Source: Fimbriimonadales bacterium (GTDB lineage: Bacteria > Armatimonadota > Fimbriimonadia > Fimbriimonadales > JABRVX01). Taken from it: a stretch of 64,000 nt of DNA. The notes beneath the pieces were generated by a model, which was given only the letters and a program-made list of their open reading frames with translations, did no database searches and had not been told where the DNA came from. The stretch is taken from positions 1 through 64,000 of the forward strand of contig BTVI01000013.1 of assembly GCA_045862955.1 (NCBI GenBank), given 5' to 3'. The position numbers were made by a program, and so were the translations under genes. Shown here piece after piece: positions 19,995-28,624 of the stretch (position 1 is the first letter of the stretch; the number at the start of each line of letters is the position of its first letter).

Positions 19995-20000
19995 TATAAT
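19995..20000 (+). promoter_or_regulatory. -10 element of a probable leaderless promoter for the CDF transporter
   Basis: Perfect TATAAT 6 nt upstream of ATG 20007; no SD. Confidence 0.75.
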
Positions 20001-20006
20001 GGCCGT

Positions 20007-20909
20007 ATGCCCGAGGATGCTCTGCGGCGCGTCAAGCTCAGGGCGGCTGTGCTGTCCATCGTCTCCAACACGCTGCTGGTCGTTCTGAAGCTGGTCGTCG
20101 GCGTGGTGACGCTGTCGGTGAGCGTCATCTCGGAGGCGGTGCACTCCGCTTCCGACTTAGTCGCCAGCCTGCTTGCGTTCTTCGGCATCCGGGCCGCCTC
20201 GGTACCTGCCGATGAAGGACATCCCTACGGCCATGGCAAGGCCGAGAGCATCTCGGCGTTCGTTCAGGCCCTGCTGATCTTTGCAGGCGGCTGCGTGGTG
20301 GTTGTCGAAGCGGTTCGCCGCCTGTTCCACCCCGCCGAGATCCGAGTGGACTTTGCAATCGCCGTCATGGCGTTGTCCGCCATAGCCAACACCTTCGTCT
20401 CGGCGTATCTCCTCCGCGTTGCTCGAAAGACCGAGTCGCCCGCTCTAAAGGCTGATGGCTACCACCTGCTGACGGACGTGTGGACGTCGGTGGGTGTCTT
20501 GGCGGGGCTGGTGCTGGTGAAGCTGACCGGTTGGCACATCGTGGACCCTCTAGTCGCCATCGGGGTGTCACTCCTCATCATGCGGCTCTCGTGGCACTTG
20601 ACCCTGGAGGCCATTCATCCTCTGATGGACGCAGCGCTGCCGCAGTGGGAGGAAGAGAAAATCCGGGCCATTCTGCTCTCAGACAGCCACGTTCGGGACT
20701 TTCACAAGCTGCGCACACGCCGGTCCGGACGTTCGAGGATGGTAGACGTGCACGTTCTTCTGGACGACGACCTGTCGCTGGTGGATGCGCACCACATCGC
20801 CGAAGAGCTAGAGGACAAGGTGCGACAAGCGTTTCCGAGGGTGGAGATTAGCATTCACTTCGAGCCTCACGAGGCAGAGCTGCTCCACCAACAGACCCAT
20901 CACGCCTAG
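20007..20909 (+). CDS. Cation diffusion facilitator (FieF/CzcD family)
   Basis: SEAVHSASD, PADEGHPYGHGKAE, HLLTDVWTS, C-terminal dimerisation domain ending IHFEP. Confidence 0.95.
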   Translation: MPEDALRRVKLRAAVLSIVSNTLLVVLKLVVGVVTLSVSVISEAVHSASDLVASLLAFFGIRAASVPADEGHPYGHGKAESISAFVQALLIFAGGCVVVVEAVRRLFHPAEIRVDFAIAVMALSAIANTFVSAYLLRVARKTESPALKADGYHLLTDVWTSVGVLAGLVLVKLTGWHIVDPLVAIGVSLLIMRLSWHLTLEAIHPLMDAALPQWEEEKIRAILLSDSHVRDFHKLRTRRSGRSRMVDVHVLLDDDLSLVDAHHIAEELEDKVRQAFPRVEISIHFEPHEAELLHQQTHHA

Positions 20910-20922
20910 CCCGACAGCACAA

Positions 20923-20951
20923 CGGGCGACCGGTCTGGGTCCGGTCGCCCG
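20923..20951. terminator. Hairpin between convergent transcription units
   Basis: CGGGCGACCGG / CCGGTCGCCCG 11-bp stem, 7-nt loop. Confidence 0.7.
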
Positions 20952-21091
20952 CTACGCGTCACTCCATAACCGTCTCGGTGTAGGAGTTTTCTACTCGGGT
21001 GTGGGTTGGTTACTGCTTGTTCGTTCTCCTCACCGGCTTTGACGTCGGAGGACCCCCATTTCGTTCACCCGGTTTGCGGCTTGTAGTGCGA

Positions 21092-22132
21092 TTAGGACTT
21101 GGGGCCCAACTCCGCTAGTGCTGCCTGCACGTCAGCCACCGAGCACGCCCGCGAGATGCGCTCCCTGAGGCGGGCTGCGCCCTCGAAGCCGCGAAAGTAA
21201 CCGGGCAACTGACCACGGAGGCTTCGGACGGCGCGCTCTTCGCTGCCGAGCTCAGCGATATGTCGTCCGAGGTGTTCCAGCGCTACCCGACAGCGCTCGT
21301 CGAACGACGGGTCGGGTTGCGGCGGACGGCCTTCGAGGTAGTCCCGCACCTGAGAAAGGATCCAAGGGTTCGCGATGGCAGCGCGCCCGATCATCACGCC
21401 GTCGCACCCCGTCTCTCTGAACATGCGTTCGGCATCGGAGGGAGTGCGAATGTCACCATTGCCGATAACCGGGATGCTCACCGCACTCTTCATCTCCCCG
21501 ATCAGAGACCAGTCGGCTCTGCCGGTAAACCCCTGCCTTGCCGTTCGTGCGTGCAGGGTGATTGCCTGGGCTCCGGCTCGTTCAAAGCGAGGCGCGAGGG
21601 CGACCGAGGCAAGGTGACCGTGGTCCCACCCTGCCCGGACCTTCACGGTCACGGGTACTTCCGCAGCGGCAACCACCGCTTCCAGCACGGCTAGCGCCTG
21701 ATCTGGGTCTTTCAGCAGCGCCGCCCCGCTGCCCTGTCTGCATACCTTGGGTACCCAGCAACCCATGTTGATGTCCACGATGTCAGCACCCATGTCCCTC
21801 GCGATGCGGGCGCTTTCGGCCATTGCGCTGGGCTCGGCACCGAAGATCTGAACGGCCAAGGGGCGCTCCTCATCCCGCACCCGCATCTTGGGAATCGAGC
21901 GAGACGGTGCGTATCGAACCGCCATCGCGCTCACGAACTCGGTCACCATGAGGCCGGGCCCGCCGATGCGCTTGGCGATGGCGCGATAGGCAGCGTTGGT
22001 CACGTCCTCCATCGGTGCGAGGACGATGGGAGGGTCCACGAGGACTGTCCCGATGCGAAATGGACACACGAGTGGATTATGCCGCACCGGCGGCCTACCG
22101 AAAAGTTCAAGTACCTCGTGAGAATCCGGCAC
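21092..22132 (-). CDS. dusB: tRNA-dihydrouridine synthase
   Basis: LAPMEDVT, VQIFG, DINMGC, GSGAALL, TLHART, NGDI, GVMIGR; exact start uncertain. Confidence 0.92.
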   Translation of the reverse strand: MPDSHEVLELFGRPPVRHNPLVCPFRIGTVLVDPPIVLAPMEDVTNAAYRAIAKRIGGPGLMVTEFVSAMAVRYAPSRSIPKMRVRDEERPLAVQIFGAEPSAMAESARIARDMGADIVDINMGCWVPKVCRQGSGAALLKDPDQALAVLEAVVAAAEVPVTVKVRAGWDHGHLASVALAPRFERAGAQAITLHARTARQGFTGRADWSLIGEMKSAVSIPVIGNGDIRTPSDAERMFRETGCDGVMIGRAAIANPWILSQVRDYLEGRPPQPDPSFDERCRVALEHLGRHIAELGSEERAVRSLRGQLPGYFRGFEGAARLRERISRACSVADVQAALAELGPKS

Positions 22133-22174
22133 AATAGATATGGAACCTCGGCAAGCTACCAGGGAGGGGACTTT

Positions 22175-23203
22175 ATGGGCTTATTTGCAGCCTTCATCTT
22201 GTTGATGAATACCGCACTCCCCGTGGACGAGCAGCGCGAGCTCGAAGTCGGTGGGGCTACGTTGCACGTGCACATCCGCGGCGCAGACAGCGGGAACCCG
22301 TATGCGCTGTACCTTCACGGTGGTCCAGGCTATTCCTCGCTGCCCTTTATGGCAACCGCAGGGCCGGAACTGGAGCGGTCGCTTACGGTCGTGTATCTCG
22401 ACCAGCGCGGGTGCGGCTTGTCTTCGCCCTTGACCCCCGACGCAGCCAAGGCGTATTCCCTCGAACGGCTACTGCGCGACATCGAGGAGGTGCGGCAGCA
22501 GCTGGGCATCGAAAAGTGGGCGGTGATCGCACATGCGTGGGGTGGACTTCTGGGGTTGCACTATGTAACGCAGCACCCTGAACGCGTCTCGTGCTTCATC
22601 AACATCAGCGGGCTCGTGTCGGTGCCCATCATGACGGACGACGTGTTGGAAAACGCCGCAGCGAAGGCCAAACAGTGGCTAAAGGATGGCAGCGAGGGAG
22701 AGAAAGCGCGAGCCAAAGTGCTGCTGGAACAGGTGGGGGACCTGCGCAAAATGTCCCAGTCGGATCCGCGCCGGCTTGCCGGTGCCTACGTGCTCGCACT
22801 CGGAGAGGCGCAGCTCTACTTCCACGACCCGAACTCGGCGACGGTGCAGGCGGAGCTTCGAAAACTGAAGGCAGAAGCCGAAAAGTACAAGATATCGGTT
22901 GAGAAGTTGGACTTGGCTGCGGCAGTCAGCACGGCCCTCGTGCAAAACGAAAGCTTTCACACCATGGACGCCACGCCGTTGCTGAAGAGGGTGTCGGTAC
23001 CGACCCTCCTGATCGGAGGCCGATCGGACGGCGTGGTGACGACACGCCAGTTGGAGATCGCCCGCCGCTTCATCAAGGGTGCGCAGTTCGAGATCCTGGA
23101 TGAGTGCGGTCACTTCGCGTTTTATGAGCAGCCACAAAAGCTGATGCTGGCCATACTGCGTTTCCTGCCTCGCGCCAACTGGACACCGCCCGGCAGCGGC
23201 TAG
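22175..23203 (+). CDS. Alpha/beta-hydrolase, proline iminopeptidase-like, with Ala at the nucleophile position
   Basis: HGGPG, DQRGCGLS, AHAWGG in place of GHSWGG, GRSD, CGH; hydrophobic N-terminus; GGAGGG SD. Confidence 0.85.
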   Translation: MGLFAAFILLMNTALPVDEQRELEVGGATLHVHIRGADSGNPYALYLHGGPGYSSLPFMATAGPELERSLTVVYLDQRGCGLSSPLTPDAAKAYSLERLLRDIEEVRQQLGIEKWAVIAHAWGGLLGLHYVTQHPERVSCFINISGLVSVPIMTDDVLENAAAKAKQWLKDGSEGEKARAKVLLEQVGDLRKMSQSDPRRLAGAYVLALGEAQLYFHDPNSATVQAELRKLKAEAEKYKISVEKLDLAAAVSTALVQNESFHTMDATPLLKRVSVPTLLIGGRSDGVVTTRQLEIARRFIKGAQFEILDECGHFAFYEQPQKLMLAILRFLPRANWTPPGSG

Positions 23204-23997
23204 AGCCCGCACCGGTCTCGGAGATATTCCCTGCACACGGCAGCGCTCTCGCGGGGTGTGGTCAGACTTTGGTCCACCTCGACCGTCAACCAGCCGGCGT
23301 ATCCTGCGTCGGTAAGGACCTGTACGATAGCTTCGATATCTATGAAGCCGAGGCCCAACTCGCAGAAGTTGCCATAAGTTGGCCGCCCGAGCTGGCGGTC
23401 CTTCAAATGTACGTATCGGGTCCGGGCTGCGTACCGGATGAAGTACTCCACTGGACACGCTCCCCCTGCCGACAGCTGTGCGCTATCGAAGCCGCAAAAC
23501 AGCAGGTCGGGAGCCGTGTACTCGAGGAACAAGTCAATCTCCTCCGGCCGCTCGATCAGCGTATGGATGTGGTTATGAAAAGCGGCGATGACGCCTGTCT
23601 CCTCCTGCAAGCGCCTGCAGAGCTCGTTGACATGGCGTGCGTACTCGCGAATGGTCTCCGGTGGGTGAGATACGGTTCGCTCGACCTGTCGCTCCGGGGC
23701 CGAGAGCACGATGATCTCCGCTCCGAGTTCTCGGAGTGCCTGCGCGATGGCGAGTTCTCGACGCATCTCCTCCTCGCGTGACGCCGGATCGAGCAGTGAG
23801 ACCCCAGTGTAGGTGGCGCTGCAACGGAGCCCCGCTTCTTCTAACATGCCGCGAAGGCGGGAGGTGTCGTCCAAGTAGTTGGCGACCGGAGGTTCGATCC
23901 CATCGTAGCCGAGAGCCGAAACCTCTCGACACACCTGGTCGAGCGGCGTGCTGCCCCACGTAATGGGTTGAATAGCGATCGGGGGTTTGTTGTTCAT
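23200..23997 (-). CDS. Sugar-phosphate isomerase/epimerase (xylose isomerase-like TIM barrel, IolE-like)
   Basis: GYDGIE, FHNH, YVHLKD, ELGLG.ID, GWLTVE. Confidence 0.88.
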   Translation of the reverse strand: MNNKPPIAIQPITWGSTPLDQVCREVSALGYDGIEPPVANYLDDTSRLRGMLEEAGLRCSATYTGVSLLDPASREEEMRRELAIAQALRELGAEIIVLSAPERQVERTVSHPPETIREYARHVNELCRRLQEETGVIAAFHNHIHTLIERPEEIDLFLEYTAPDLLFCGFDSAQLSAGGACPVEYFIRYAARTRYVHLKDRQLGRPTYGNFCELGLGFIDIEAIVQVLTDAGYAGWLTVEVDQSLTTPRESAAVCREYLRDRCGL

Positions 23998-24073
23998 TCC
24001 CTTGCCTTCAATGCGATTCCACGCTGGATAGCAACCATTGTCCATCCATGCGCCGACCGATTATACTGTCGGT

Positions 24074-24787
24074 ATGGCATCCAGACCCCTTATTGGCGTC
24101 ACTGCGGACCTCGTCGAGAACGCCTCCGGCCCGCCGGAACGCGCTCTGCTGCCTTACTGCCGAGCTATTGCCATTGGAGGAGGGGTGCCCTTGATTCTGC
24201 CTTTCGTGGACGATCCATCGGCCTACGCTCAGCAGCTCGACGGCTGGCTGATCGCCGGCGGTAGGGACCTGCCGCCCGGGGAGTACGGTGAAGCGCCTCA
24301 ACCCGAGACTGAGCCGATTTCGGACGCGCGGCACGGTTTCGAGAAGCGCCTGTGGGAGTGTTTCCTGCCCACCGGCAAGCCCATTCTGGGCATCTGCTAT
24401 GGCTGCCAGTTCGTCAACGTGCGACTCGGCGGCAGCCTACACCAGCACATCCCCACCGCGATTCCCAGCGCGCACCCGCACAGCGGCGCGCCAGGGAAGC
24501 CGTTGGTTCACCCTGTCACCGTCGAGACCGATTCGCGCCTGGCAGAGGCGTGTGGAGCTTCCGAGTTCGATTGCTCTAGCTCCCACCACCAAGCGATCCA
24601 TCGCGTGGCTCCAAACCTGAGGGTCACTGCCCGCGCCGACGATGGCGTGATCGAAGGCGTCGAGTCCCTGGATGGTCGTTGGCTCGTGGGTGTGCAGTGG
24701 CATCCTGAGCGAACACCCGACAGTCCGGCGACTGTCGGGTTGATGCGTGCGTTCGTGCTCGCTGCTTTCCAGGCGGGCGCACGATGA
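24074..24787 (+). CDS. Gamma-glutamyl-gamma-aminobutyrate hydrolase-like (peptidase C26, class I glutamine amidotransferase)
   Basis: RPLIGVT, LGICYG, HHQAI, GVQWHPE; TATACT 6 nt before ATG 24074. Confidence 0.92.
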   Translation: MASRPLIGVTADLVENASGPPERALLPYCRAIAIGGGVPLILPFVDDPSAYAQQLDGWLIAGGRDLPPGEYGEAPQPETEPISDARHGFEKRLWECFLPTGKPILGICYGCQFVNVRLGGSLHQHIPTAIPSAHPHSGAPGKPLVHPVTVETDSRLAEACGASEFDCSSSHHQAIHRVAPNLRVTARADDGVIEGVESLDGRWLVGVQWHPERTPDSPATVGLMRAFVLAAFQAGAR

Positions 24788-26631
24788 GGGTTGCGGTTAC
24801 CCCGTTCGCTACCTCCTCACCGGAGTACGCCGCGCACGGCCGTCAGTTCGCACATCTCGTTGCCGAGAGCTTGAAGGCCATCCCGGGCCTGCAGGTGATG
24901 GAAGTGTCGTTTGTGGCCCGGCTGCAGCGAGAGGGTAGGGAAGAGCGGGTCATGGTGGCTGCAGAGCCACGAGACGCCTACTGGTCGCGCAAGCTGCTCG
25001 AGCAGTTGCAGGCCGACGCAGTGGTACATGGTAGGCTGGGCGTCGCCGACCGGCTGGAGCTGACCCTGGGAGTAACCACCTCCGCCTCCGAGGCGGTCGC
25101 TGAGCGGACGCTGTCCGCTGACAGGGCGGAGGTGGCGGACCTCATCGAGCAGATGCTGGTGGAGACTGCGAGCATGCTCGGTCAGGTGCCCGCGGCAGTC
25201 GTAGGCGCGCTAGGCGCATCGTTGCGGGAGTCCTCCGGCGAGGCAGTGCTTGCTCTGCTCGAAGGATGGGACGCACTGGCCTATCTGCGACAAGTCGGCG
25301 ACTACTTGCCGGAGGATGTGAGCTTCGAGGCGGCGTTCGATGCCTTAGTACGTGCCGTCCGTCTGGATCCGGACTACCTGGCACCCTATGAGGCCCTCAT
25401 CGAACTGACGCGCCAATGCGTGCACCTGGGACCCATACACGCCGACGTGATCGAGCGCAGCCTGAAGACGGTGAACGAGCTGTGCGAAGACGACTGGCGT
25501 GGGTGGTACTCGTTGGGAGACCTGTATCATAGGTTGAACCGAGATACCCTCGCGCTGGAATGCTTTGAGAGGTCACTGAAGTTGAACCCTAGCGAGCCCG
25601 CTCTGTGGACGCGGTTAGGTCTCGTGCAAGCGGCGCTGGGGTTCAAAACCGAGGCGATGAAATCGTTCGAGGAAGCCATCTCGAGGGAGTCGCCGCTCGA
25701 GCCGAGTCCGACCGCAGCTGCTTACGCTGCTCTGCTCGTAAAGGAAGGCAAGAAGGACGAGGCACACGCTTTGTGGCAGCGATTGAGGGACCGAGATCCT
25801 AGTGTAGCCATTCACTGGATTAACCTCGCGATGAGCCACGAGAGTCGTGGCGAGGGTGATACGGCACTGCACGTTTTGGAAGAGGCTCTCGGAGTTGTTG
25901 ATAGTCCCGAGCAGGTGCACTTACACTTGGCACGCTCTCACATGCACCGCGAGAGCCACGCAAAGGCGCTAGTGCATTACGAAGCCGCCGTTGAGGCACT
26001 TCCTAACCAACCGGGTTTGGCGGTGGAGATGGCAGATTGCCTCTACTTCTGCGGGAAGGTAGGCGACGCCGTACGAGTGCTGAAAGCTGCCCTAGCACAG
26101 GACCCCGGTCCACCGATCCGCGCAGCCCTCGAGGCTCGCCGAATGGAGATGGAGGAGCCGGAGAAGCTGGAGCGCTTCCGCCACCTGACCAAACGCCTGA
26201 CGGAAGGCCCCGACTCGGCTGCGCTCTTCGAATTGGAGCAGCTCAGCCGTTGGCTCGGAGACTACTGGCCGGTGTGGGAGATCCTGGCGCGCGGGTTCAA
26301 CCGCACTGGCAACGCCGAGAAGGCGGAAACCGCGTCGAGACGGCTCCTGGCGATGCTGCCGCAATATGCGGTTGCCTACGGTGAGCTTGCTGCTGCGCTC
26401 TTCGCGCAGGGGAAGGCCGACGAGGCGTACCGAACCTTTCGGCAGGCCATGCGCAAGCTGCCCTACGACCCGTTGGTGCTCGCCAACTACGGCATCGCGG
26501 CGAAGATGCTCGGTCGTGACGAGGATGCCGAGCAAGCCGCACAGCGGTTGGAGGCGATGGGTCAGGAAGAACTCAGCTCACGAGTGCGCGAGGCCCGCCG
26601 AGCGGAGTCCCTTCCGTCCACGAGCGACTAG
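24784..26631 (+). CDS. Tetratricopeptide-repeat protein with N-terminal alpha/beta (TolB-N-like) domain
   Basis: MRVAVTPF..ADAVVHG N-domain followed by many TPR units; ATGA overlap with the upstream gene. Confidence 0.85.
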   Translation: MRVAVTPFATSSPEYAAHGRQFAHLVAESLKAIPGLQVMEVSFVARLQREGREERVMVAAEPRDAYWSRKLLEQLQADAVVHGRLGVADRLELTLGVTTSASEAVAERTLSADRAEVADLIEQMLVETASMLGQVPAAVVGALGASLRESSGEAVLALLEGWDALAYLRQVGDYLPEDVSFEAAFDALVRAVRLDPDYLAPYEALIELTRQCVHLGPIHADVIERSLKTVNELCEDDWRGWYSLGDLYHRLNRDTLALECFERSLKLNPSEPALWTRLGLVQAALGFKTEAMKSFEEAISRESPLEPSPTAAAYAALLVKEGKKDEAHALWQRLRDRDPSVAIHWINLAMSHESRGEGDTALHVLEEALGVVDSPEQVHLHLARSHMHRESHAKALVHYEAAVEALPNQPGLAVEMADCLYFCGKVGDAVRVLKAALAQDPGPPIRAALEARRMEMEEPEKLERFRHLTKRLTEGPDSAALFELEQLSRWLGDYWPVWEILARGFNRTGNAEKAETASRRLLAMLPQYAVAYGELAAALFAQGKADEAYRTFRQAMRKLPYDPLVLANYGIAAKMLGRDEDAEQAAQRLEAMGQEELSSRVREARRAESLPSTSD

Positions 26632-26908
26632 CTGAGGCCTTGCCTCGTGCACTGCCGTCTCGGCGACCGCTCTGCGACCTCCGCGCGAAAGCCCGAATCG
26701 GGGCCTTGAGGGGCGAGCAGTCGTATCCCCCCACGTTGCGATCTCGCGTAGAGCGCGCAGAGATCGGACGAGGTCGCGCTAGGTGGAATGCCGGGGCGAG
26801 GTTCGGCAGGCCCCTGCTTGCGACTCTGTCTGTTCCTGTGCGTGCTCCGCGTGATAGCGCTAGCCGCATCGGTGTGAGGCCGACGAGATGACTCCAGTCG
26901 CAGAAGGG

Positions 26909-27400
26909 CTAGTAGTTAGATCCGGGAATGTCACCAAACGGGTCGACCCGCTCGGGTGAATACCGGGCCTGAGTCTCGCGAAGGAAGCGCTCATGTGCCT
27001 CGTCGGGAGCCGAGGTGTATAGACCGGTAGCCGAGGCGTACACCACGCCGGTGGCATCCACGACCTCCCCTTCGGCACGCCAGAAGCCTGCCTTGTCGCC
27101 GAGATATCGCCCATTTACGCGGACCCGTGTTCCAGCAAGCACAGGGCGCCGATAGCGAACACGCAGATCCGCCGTAAGGAAGTAGCGGCGCTTGACCACC
27201 GAAGCGGCCCAACCGAGCGTTTCGTCTAGCAGGGAAGCCACGATGCCGCCGTGCAACACCCCCGGATAGCCGCAGTGCCGGGCTTCGGGCACGAACTCCG
27301 TGAAAACCCCTGCCTCGTCGCGGATGAACACGAGTCGAAGGCCGTACGGGTTGTCCGCCCCGCAGACGAAGCAGCCAGAGCTTTGGGGTAGCGAGGTCAT
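26909..27400 (-). CDS. PaaI-family thioesterase (hot-dog fold)
   Basis: CFVCGADNPYGL, HCGYPGVLHGGIVASLLDE. Confidence 0.92.
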   Translation of the reverse strand: MTSLPQSSGCFVCGADNPYGLRLVFIRDEAGVFTEFVPEARHCGYPGVLHGGIVASLLDETLGWAASVVKRRYFLTADLRVRYRRPVLAGTRVRVNGRYLGDKAGFWRAEGEVVDATGVVYASATGLYTSAPDEAHERFLRETQARYSPERVDPFGDIPGSNY

Positions 27401-27428
27401 GGGCGGATTGTGGCATTGGCGGACGCGC

Positions 27429-28613
27429 TTACGCGGCTCGTAGGCTCTGTGGCAACAGCTCGGGGCCGATAGCCTGCGCGTCAGGCCGGGCAAGTACCAC
27501 GGCGCGCTCGATAACGTTTTCCAACTCGCGCACGTTGCCAGGCCAGCGGTAAGTCAGCAAAGCCTCGATAGCCTCGTCGGCAAGAGCGAGCGGCTCGCGT
27601 GCATTCTCGGCGCAGTACTTTTGTACGAAGCGAAGCGCGAGCGGACGAATGTCCTCCGGCCTATCTCGCAGCGGCGGCAGCTCGATGTGCACAACCTGCA
27701 AACGGTAGAAGAGATCGGCGCGGAAGGAGCCTTCGTCCACAGCCTGTTGCAGATCGCGGTTGGTGGCTGCTACGAGTCGCACGTCCACGCGGACTGGCTT
27801 CGTCGCTCCCAGCCGCTCTAGCTCCCGCTCTTGGATCACACGCAGCAACTTCACCTGTACGCTGAGGGGAACCTCTCCAATCTCGTCAAGGAACAGCGTG
27901 CCGCCGTCCGCAAGCTCGAATCTCCCCTCGCGTCGGCCAACCGCTCCAGTATAGGCCCCCTTCTCGTGGCCGAACAGCTCGGCCTCCAGCAGAGTCTCCG
28001 GGAGTGCCGCGCAGCTCACCGCGATGAACGGCTTGCCCGAGCGGGGGCTCCGTTCGTGGATCATCTTTGCGACCACTTCCTTGCCCGTACCGCTCTCCCC
28101 AGTCAGCAGGACGGTAGCACGAGACGAAGCAACCTGCTCTACGATCTCCAGCACCTGGCGCATGGCCGGGCTCTCTGCCACGAAATCCGTGGGGGCGGCG
28201 GCCTTTCGACTGCGTCGTTTCTGGTTTCTCTTGGAGTCGGCTCTGTCAGCAAGGGAGTTCGCGACTACGTTACGCAGGACCTCGAGGTCGAAGGGCTTGG
28301 TGATATAGTCGTGCGCTCCCATGCGAATGGCGGACACCGCTTGGGGAATGGTGCCATAGGCGGTTATGAGGATGATGGCGGCATCGGGCAAGGTCTCGCT
28401 TATATGGCTCAGCAGTTCGACGCCGTCCATGTCGGGCATCATCACATCCGTAATGATCAGGTCTACGGGCTCCGACTTGATCATATCGAGCGCGACCAAG
28501 CCAGACTCGGCGGTCAGCACTCGATAGCCATCGCGCTCCAAGGCTGCCTGAAGTATGCGACGTATGTTCTGTTCGTCGTCAACGACCAGAATCGTGGTCT
28601 TTCTTTCCGTCAT
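27429..28613 (-). CDS. Sigma54-dependent response regulator (NtrC family; REC + AAA+), lacking the C-terminal HTH
   Basis: REC (VVDDE, TDVMMP, KPF); GESGTGKE, ELFGHEKGAYTGA, LFLDEIG, WPGNVRELEN; protein ends ~25 aa later. Confidence 0.95.
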   Translation of the reverse strand: MTERKTTILVVDDEQNIRRILQAALERDGYRVLTAESGLVALDMIKSEPVDLIITDVMMPDMDGVELLSHISETLPDAAIILITAYGTIPQAVSAIRMGAHDYITKPFDLEVLRNVVANSLADRADSKRNQKRRSRKAAAPTDFVAESPAMRQVLEIVEQVASSRATVLLTGESGTGKEVVAKMIHERSPRSGKPFIAVSCAALPETLLEAELFGHEKGAYTGAVGRREGRFELADGGTLFLDEIGEVPLSVQVKLLRVIQERELERLGATKPVRVDVRLVAATNRDLQQAVDEGSFRADLFYRLQVVHIELPPLRDRPEDIRPLALRFVQKYCAENAREPLALADEAIEALLTYRWPGNVRELENVIERAVVLARPDAQAIGPELLPQSLRAA

Positions 28614-28624
28614 GTTCCCATCAT

